Shown here: positions 10,649 to 15,186 of the stretch, piece after piece
Layout of the letters: every line of letters begins with the position of its first letter
How positions within the stretch are numbered: the stretch's first letter is position 1
Assembly (NCBI GenBank): GCA_030619825.1
Contig: JAUXAS010000015.1
Coordinates: 1-15,186, forward strand
Source of the DNA: Hadesarchaea archaeon
Lineage (GTDB): Archaea > Hadarchaeota > Hadarchaeia > Hadarchaeales > Hadarchaeaceae
Direction: 5' to 3'
DNA: 15,186 nucleotides
Notes under the pieces: model-generated
Told to the model about the DNA's origin: nothing
Database searches by the model: none
Seen by the model: the letters and a program-made list of their open reading frames with translations, nothing else
Translations under genes and position numbers: made by a program

Positions 10649-10664
10649 TTATAGTGGTGAGAGG

Positions 10665-11564
10665 GTGCGCTCCAGACTTCTTGGCATGGCGATCGCCTTG
10701 GGCGTTGCCGTCAGTGCAATCGTCGCGTCCTATGTTATCTTAGATAGCCTTTATGGCATGACACAGAGGGAGGTGTATGTGCAATCGGGGGGTCAACAAC
10801 TAGAACGCGTAGTCCCCCAAACGTTGGAAGAAGTTGAGCGGTTCGAGCTCGATGTTCTGACCTATGAAGATAACGAAAACGCGGCGGGTTTTTATCCTGT
10901 GGCTCATGTCTTAGAATGGTCAGATACATCTTGGTACCCAAATGTGAAAACTACAAGTTGGGAAAACGTTAAAAGTTATAGTGTCGCGGTTTTAAATTCC
11001 CCAAACGCCCAAATGGATCCGTTATTTGTGTCAGACTACGATGTCTTAGAAGAGTCAGAATATCTCCTATCTGTGCGTATTACGTCAACTTCAGACAAGA
11101 CACCGGGCATAACACCAGCTGCAGGAGGGGGGTTGGAAGAAACCAGATGGCCAGAAAATGAGGCCGGCGCGGCATTTTTCGTATATGAAACAAAATCGAT
11201 TAACGTTTTTCCAATCGCAGCTAGTATCGGCATTGCTATGGGTGTCATCGTTTTTGCAGTATGGGTCGGGTACCGGCAAGTTTGGGGCGAGGCGACATCG
11301 ACGTTGTTAGAGGAGGGGCTCCACGGTATGACGGTCAAAGATGTGGAAATAGTCGGCCATATTATGGAGATGAAGGAATTCACCATCCCGCAACTCATGA
11401 AGCTGACAAACACTTCTAAAATCACAGTATGGCGAACGGTCCAGAAACTGGTTGAACGGGGACTTGTGCAGACGACCAAACAGACGAGACTTGCGGCTAA
11501 TGGACTCGGCGGTAGGGGCAAGCCAAGCCGCGTCTATAAGTACGTTGGTGGAACGAAGACCTAG
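10665..11564 (+). CDS. Membrane-anchored winged-HTH transcriptional regulator (TM - extracytoplasmic domain - TM - wHTH)
   Basis: TM1 LLGMAIALGVAVSAIVASYVIL, a ~150 aa acidic soluble domain, and TM2 VFPIAASIGIAMGVIVFAVWVGY. The C-terminal wHTH is FTIPQLMKLTNTSKITVWRTVQKLVERGLV with wing GRGKPSRVYKY. GTG start preceded by GGTGA. Confidence 0.82.
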   Translation: MRSRLLGMAIALGVAVSAIVASYVILDSLYGMTQREVYVQSGGQQLERVVPQTLEEVERFELDVLTYEDNENAAGFYPVAHVLEWSDTSWYPNVKTTSWENVKSYSVAVLNSPNAQMDPLFVSDYDVLEESEYLLSVRITSTSDKTPGITPAAGGGLEETRWPENEAGAAFFVYETKSINVFPIAASIGIAMGVIVFAVWVGYRQVWGEATSTLLEEGLHGMTVKDVEIVGHIMEMKEFTIPQLMKLTNTSKITVWRTVQKLVERGLVQTTKQTRLAANGLGGRGKPSRVYKYVGGTKT

Positions 11565-12103
11565 GTTATATCGCTCACTTGCTTGAAGTCCGCATATTTA
11601 TTGATCTGGACGTAGTTGTAAATAGAGCCTCCTGCTCGAATCTGGACGACTTCGATATTGCCCTGCCCACGCAATACCAGCAGGTCGTTCTCAAAGATCA
11701 GAAAATCGACATCGTACGGAGTGTTCAGGCCCGGGAGTATCATCTGAACTCCAGCTTCTTTCGTTGTGCTTCCCAGGATGACCCCGATCTCCACCGTGCT
11801 TTTATCGACTGCGATATTTGGGTTCGTGCGGAGAAGATACGCCACAATTTTTACGTTTCCGGAGCTATTCCACTGGGCATTGGTCAGATAGAGCGTGGTG
11901 ATAATTGGGATGAGGTTATCTTCTGTATTATCATCCTCTCCGGCAAGGAAGTAAACGTCATCGACTTGTAGCTTTGTTTCCCTTTTCCACTCGGGTTCCT
12001 GCGCTTTAGTGGGCGGTGGAATTAACGCAAGTGTCGCCGCGACAACCGATGTTATCACAGCTAAAGCCGCCACAATCCCCCACTTATATTTTTTCATTTT
12101 CAT
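11561..12103 (-). CDS. Small exported/membrane-anchored beta-rich protein (resembles archaeal DUF7490-type Ig-like domains; family tentative)
   Basis: Basic N-terminus plus hydrophobic segment (MKMKKYKWGIVAALAVITSVVAATLALIPP), then alternating beta-strand patterns (ITTLYLTN, NVKIVAYL, VEIGVI, YDVDFLIFE, GQGNIEV). Start ATG 12103 or 12097; the track uses TTG 12112. Confidence 0.75.
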   Translation of the reverse strand: MKMKKYKWGIVAALAVITSVVAATLALIPPPTKAQEPEWKRETKLQVDDVYFLAGEDDNTEDNLIPIITTLYLTNAQWNSSGNVKIVAYLLRTNPNIAVDKSTVEIGVILGSTTKEAGVQMILPGLNTPYDVDFLIFENDLLVLRGQGNIEVVQIRAGGSIYNYVQINKYADFKQVSDIT

Positions 12104-12130
12104 ACCAAGCAAACATTTGCGAGGATAACG

Positions 12131-12158
12131 TATTTATAAAAAGTTTCGAAATTGAAAC
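12131..12158 (-). promoter_or_regulatory. BRE/TATA promoter with operator palindrome
   Basis: The minus strand reads GTTTC-AATTTC-GAAAC-TTTTTATAAATA. The palindrome is at 12143-12158, and the TATA lies about 30 bp upstream of ATG 12103. Confidence 0.72.
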
Positions 12159-12165
12159 AAAAAAA
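12159..12165 (-). terminator. Probable archaeal oligo-T terminator of ogt
   Basis: T7 tract on the minus strand, 6 nt after the stop codon at 12172. Confidence 0.45.
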
Positions 12166-12171
12166 TGATTG

Positions 12172-12486
12172 TTACCTAGTCCCCTTCGACAGTTTGATGA
12201 AAAATTTTTGGAGATTGACTTTCCATTTCTTAATCACGATCCCTTCCATCATGAGCAGTTCCGCCTTTCTCGTTTTACCCAACTTATAACCTCCGACTTT
12301 ACCATCTGACCTAATGACGCGGTGACACGGGATTTTCACTGGGCTTGGGTTTTTCGCTAGAGCATTGGCGACAGCTCTCCACGCACGAGGCCTGCCCAGA
12401 GCTCGGGCAAGTTCCTTGTAAGTCGTCACCTTGCCCTTGGGAACCTTTGATACCAACTCCAAGACGCTTGCCTGAAATTTTGTCAT
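12172..12486 (-). CDS. ogt: Single-domain O6-alkylguanine-DNA alkyltransferase (MGMT family)
   Basis: VPKGKVTTYKELA, RAVANALAKNP, active site IPCHRVI, GGY, K-x-x-LL-x-x-EG. 104 aa, with no N-terminal RNase H-like domain. Confidence 0.88.
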   Translation of the reverse strand: MTKFQASVLELVSKVPKGKVTTYKELARALGRPRAWRAVANALAKNPSPVKIPCHRVIRSDGKVGGYKLGKTRKAELLMMEGIVIKKWKVNLQKFFIKLSKGTR

Positions 12487-12545
12487 TGAACTCGTGAGGA
12501 TTATTCACTTTCAACTCTTATATCTGGAAGACCTAACTTCTGCTG

Positions 12546-13622
12546 ATGATCGAGGTAGATGGTTCAATTGGAGAGGGCGGCGGTGCCATCCTCCGAACCG
12601 CCCTAGCGCTGAGCGCGGTCAGCTGCAAACCCATCCACATTTACAACATCCGTGCGAAACGGATGAAGCCCGGGCTCCAGCCCCAACACCTGCGGGGGGT
12701 TGAAGCGCTCACCAAACTCACAAACGCCCGAGTCGAAGGGCTGGAGCTTCACTCGAAGGAGCTGAAGTTCGAACCCAGTGCTATAGAGGGTGGTAGATAT
12801 CGCGTCGACATAGGAACCGCGGGCAGCACCACGCTAATTCTACAGATCCTGATGCCAGCCGCGGCCTTCGCGCGCAAGCCCGTGGAGGTTGAAATCACAG
12901 GCGGGACTGACAACCCGTTCGCACCCCCCATCGACTTTCTCAAAAATGTTACTCTGCCCGTGCTACGCAGGATGGGATATCAGGGTGAGGTCGAGTGCGT
13001 CCAGAGGGGTCACTACCCGCGAGGCGGAGGGATCGTGCGCGCCCACATTGAACCAATTGAAAAACTGCAAGCGCTCAGGTTAACGGAACCCGGTAGGGTG
13101 GTCCACGTCGCGGGGGTAGCGCATTGCGTTCGCCTACAGGCTAACATCGCGACCCGGATGGCGCATGCGGCGAGCAAGGCCCTAATCAAAGCTGGCCACG
13201 CCAAGGTCGACATTAGAGCCGAATCCTACCCCCCAACCCAAGACCCCCATCTCGGCCCGGGGACCGGGATAACCATCTGGGCCGAAACCGAGAGCGGCGG
13301 GATCTTAGGGGCGAGCTCGTTGGGTAAGCGGGGAAAGCCAGCTGACCAAGTTGGGCGAGAGGCTGCTGAGACCTTGATAAAGCAACTTCAAACGGGACGA
13401 GCGGTCGACCGCCACTTGACCGATCAGCTCGTGCCCTACCTCGCGCTCGCGGAGGGAGAATCTGAGATAACAAGCGCTGAACTTACCTCGCATACGCTTA
13501 CGAATATCGTGCTCGTGGAGCAGATTCTCGACGCAAAATTTGAGGTCGAAGGAGAACAGGGACAGGCGGGCCGTATAAAGGTTAAAGGCAGGGATTTGCC
13601 AGAAAAAATCGCCTACCTCTAA
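12546..13622 (+). CDS. rtcA: RNA 3'-terminal phosphate cyclase
   Basis: MIEVDGSIGEGGG-x-ILR, NIRAKR-x-KPGL-x-PQHL, DIGTAGS, GGTD, RGHYPRGGG, VDRHLTDQL, and catalytic His in TSHTLTN. Confidence 0.96.
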   Translation: MIEVDGSIGEGGGAILRTALALSAVSCKPIHIYNIRAKRMKPGLQPQHLRGVEALTKLTNARVEGLELHSKELKFEPSAIEGGRYRVDIGTAGSTTLILQILMPAAAFARKPVEVEITGGTDNPFAPPIDFLKNVTLPVLRRMGYQGEVECVQRGHYPRGGGIVRAHIEPIEKLQALRLTEPGRVVHVAGVAHCVRLQANIATRMAHAASKALIKAGHAKVDIRAESYPPTQDPHLGPGTGITIWAETESGGILGASSLGKRGKPADQVGREAAETLIKQLQTGRAVDRHLTDQLVPYLALAEGESEITSAELTSHTLTNIVLVEQILDAKFEVEGEQGQAGRIKVKGRDLPEKIAYL

Positions 13623-13624
13623 TC

Positions 13625-13630
13625 TTTTTT
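13625..13630 (+). terminator. Probable oligo-T terminator of rtcA
   Basis: TTTTTT just after the TAA stop, in a convergent intergenic gap. Confidence 0.45.
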
Positions 13631-13670
13631 AAACGTGACTATGATTATGGGCTTGAGTTATAAAAATTTA

Positions 13671-14309
13671 CTAAATTCTCTTTTGGACCCTTTGGATCAT
13701 GGCTTCAAGAGCGCCGATTTGGCCGAGTTCAAGCTTACAATCGAGCTCATCCACAAAGCGATTAGCAGTTCTCCCCAGTTGCCAGAGATCAACATAGATT
13801 TGGGTAAGGGATGCAGTTCCCCCCTCGCTCATGCGCTCCAGGTGCGGGTCCGAGCTCAGCACAAATAAATTCTTTTTATAGATCTTCCGCACTTGGAACC
13901 TGCGTTTTACCTCCTGCAGGTCGGCATAAACATACACTTCATCGTAATCGACCGGCGTGGCACCGAACTTGAGCCTATACCCCGAGTAGCCGGTGAAGAT
14001 CGCGCCCGACGGCATCTGGGCCTCGATCTCCGGAGCCAATAGGGGCGAACTGGCCTCGTAGATGACATCTTTGGTGAGCTCTCGTTTGCTCGCCCAGTAA
14101 AGCAGGATCTTCTTCGGATCGATCACCCTGAACCCAAGCGGCTTCTTTTCGATCGTTCCAAGCCTCTCGAGCTTCGCGACAACCAGGTTAACCATTCCCA
14201 GCGATACCTCACATACTCTGGCAAGCGCTTTTTGACTCATGAAGGGCTCGCCTCGCTCGTAGGTCGCGTACAAAATCTGCCGAAGTACACGATCTCCTTT
14301 TTTCATCAT
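13671..14309 (-). CDS. wHTH protein with AbiEi-like (type IV antitoxin / degenerate nucleotidyltransferase) C-terminal domain
   Basis: N-terminal wHTH (MSQKALARVCEVSLGMVNLVVAKLERLGTI), then KILLYWA, FTGYSGY, YDEVYVY and SLTQIYVDLWQLG-x-x-A-x-x-F. Start moved to ATG 14309/14306 because a minus-strand GAAATG-TATTTAAT BRE/TATA-like element overlaps the track's 14339 start. Confidence 0.7.
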   Translation of the reverse strand: MMKKGDRVLRQILYATYERGEPFMSQKALARVCEVSLGMVNLVVAKLERLGTIEKKPLGFRVIDPKKILLYWASKRELTKDVIYEASSPLLAPEIEAQMPSGAIFTGYSGYRLKFGATPVDYDEVYVYADLQEVKRRFQVRKIYKKNLFVLSSDPHLERMSEGGTASLTQIYVDLWQLGRTANRFVDELDCKLELGQIGALEAMIQRVQKRI

Positions 14310-14414
14310 TAGGACTTGGCGAAGAGTGATTAAATACATTTCAGAAATTCATGAAATGTTCCCTTTCTGCTAATCCGGTCAAAACTCTCAGAATTGAGTT
14401 TAGAGCGCTAGAAA

Positions 14415-14738
14415 ATGGCGAAAAATTGGTGCGCACCTATGCAAACGCCTATTCGAGCACTGGGAAGGGAGTTCCTTTCAAACGGCTGGATTAGTCAGAC
14501 CGATCTATGCCTAGCCACGGGGCTCCCTTCTTGGAAAATTTCGCGATTATTCAAGCGATTGGAGCTCTTGGGTTTCATCGAGGTCGAGAAGGAGCCTCGT
14601 TTCACCCGGAGAAGGCCCCGGAAGCTCTACAAGCTCACCGAGAACGGAATCGAGTACTTCAAGAGCTTGCTTAGGGCGAGCGAGAGTCGTGCAAGTTCTA
14701 GCCTAGCTGTTGAGAGAGCGAGGTTCGAAGGTGAATAG
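14415..14738 (+). CDS. Small winged-HTH transcriptional regulator (MarR/ArsR/PadR-like)
   Basis: ISQTDLCLATGLPSWKISRLFKRLELLGFIE followed by RRPRKLYKLTENG. The start could be ATG 14439. Confidence 0.8.
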   Translation: MAKNWCAPMQTPIRALGREFLSNGWISQTDLCLATGLPSWKISRLFKRLELLGFIEVEKEPRFTRRRPRKLYKLTENGIEYFKSLLRASESRASSSLAVERARFEGE

Positions 14739-15186
14739 ATGGGTAGTAAGTCTTGGTCAAGGATAATCGTCGATGAGCTAGGGCGCCAAGGAGCGAAGCA
14801 GACGCTGATTTTAGTTTCGGCTGCGATGCTGCTCGTCGGAATGTTAACACCCTTGGTTGGGGCCCCATCTTTCACCGATACCTTAGATGCAGACTTCGCC
14901 CAAGGGGAACACGAGAACACGGAAAACGTGGACAACAACGTGAGGCTAGCAGGCGAAAACATCCAAGGGCGCTTCACCTCTCACGTGTTCGATGCGGGGC
15001 AAATGGTGGAGAATTGGGATGACATCGTTTGGAATGTTACTCTGCCCACCCTAACGAAACTTGAGAACGATAATGTGGGGGCTGAGCCGGACCCGCTAGT
15101 CGATGGGAGTTCGCGGATAGGCGAAGTAGTGGGGGGCTCGCTCGTCGACACCCGAGATAACGACGGCGTCCGCGAGAACATCGCGG
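14739..15186 (+). CDS. Secreted cell-surface protein, N-terminal part (partial, runs off right edge)
   Basis: Not in the ORF track. The ATG directly follows the upstream TAG, with GGTGA SD at 14730-14734. Hand translation: MGSKSWSRIIVDELGRQGAKQTLILVSAAMLLVGMLTPLVGAPSFTDTLDADFAQGEHENTENVDNNVRLAGENIQGRFTSHVFDAG..., open to the edge. A hydrophobic signal precedes an acidic, Asn-rich domain. Confidence 0.8.
   Translation, partial: MGSKSWSRIIVDELGRQGAKQTLILVSAAMLLVGMLTPLVGAPSFTDTLDADFAQGEHENTENVDNNVRLAGENIQGRFTSHVFDAGQMVENWDDIVWNVTLPTLTKLENDNVGAEPDPLVDGSSRIGEVVGGSLVDTRDNDGVRENIA

Noticed and set aside
11561..11564. Convergent genes sharing a CTAG double stop (also a 9-bp convergent overlap at 8634-8642)
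   Set aside because: Common in compact archaeal genomes, with no evidence of a special function.
12143..12158. GTTTC...ATTGAAAC resembles the ends of archaeal CRISPR repeats
   Set aside because: It is only 16 bp, with no array periodicity, spacers or cas genes. It is better explained as an operator/BRE.
14627..15181. Minus-strand ORFs 14627-14977 and 14981-15181
   Set aside because: Antisense to the plus-strand surface-protein ORF, which has an SD and a signal peptide.

Overview
Gene-dense archaeal chromosomal window. Archaeal origin is supported by GGTGA/GGAGG Shine-Dalgarno motifs, BRE/TATA promoters, and archaeal-type NadM, RtcA, short ThiC and IPCT-DIPPS. A thermophilic euryarchaeal-like lineage such as Hadarchaeota is a guess. 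The left half is a co-directional minus-strand run: thiC, class V aminotransferase, IPCT/DIPPS, ilvE, xylose-isomerase-like TIM barrel, P-loop kinase, and a membrane-anchored M23/LytM-like protein that runs off the left edge and is absent from the ORF track. Next come a stand-alone ATP-cone protein and nadM. A three-gene envelope module follows: secreted beta-propeller protein, two-TM membrane-anchored wHTH regulator, and small exported protein. The rest is a minimal Ogt, rtcA, a divergent wHTH pair, and the start of a secreted surface protein at the right edge. The best finding is a palindrome, GTTTC-N6-GAAAC, next to the predicted TATA box of all three envelope-module genes. This suggests a self-contained transmembrane one-component regulon. 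I saw no RNA genes, CRISPR arrays or mobile elements.
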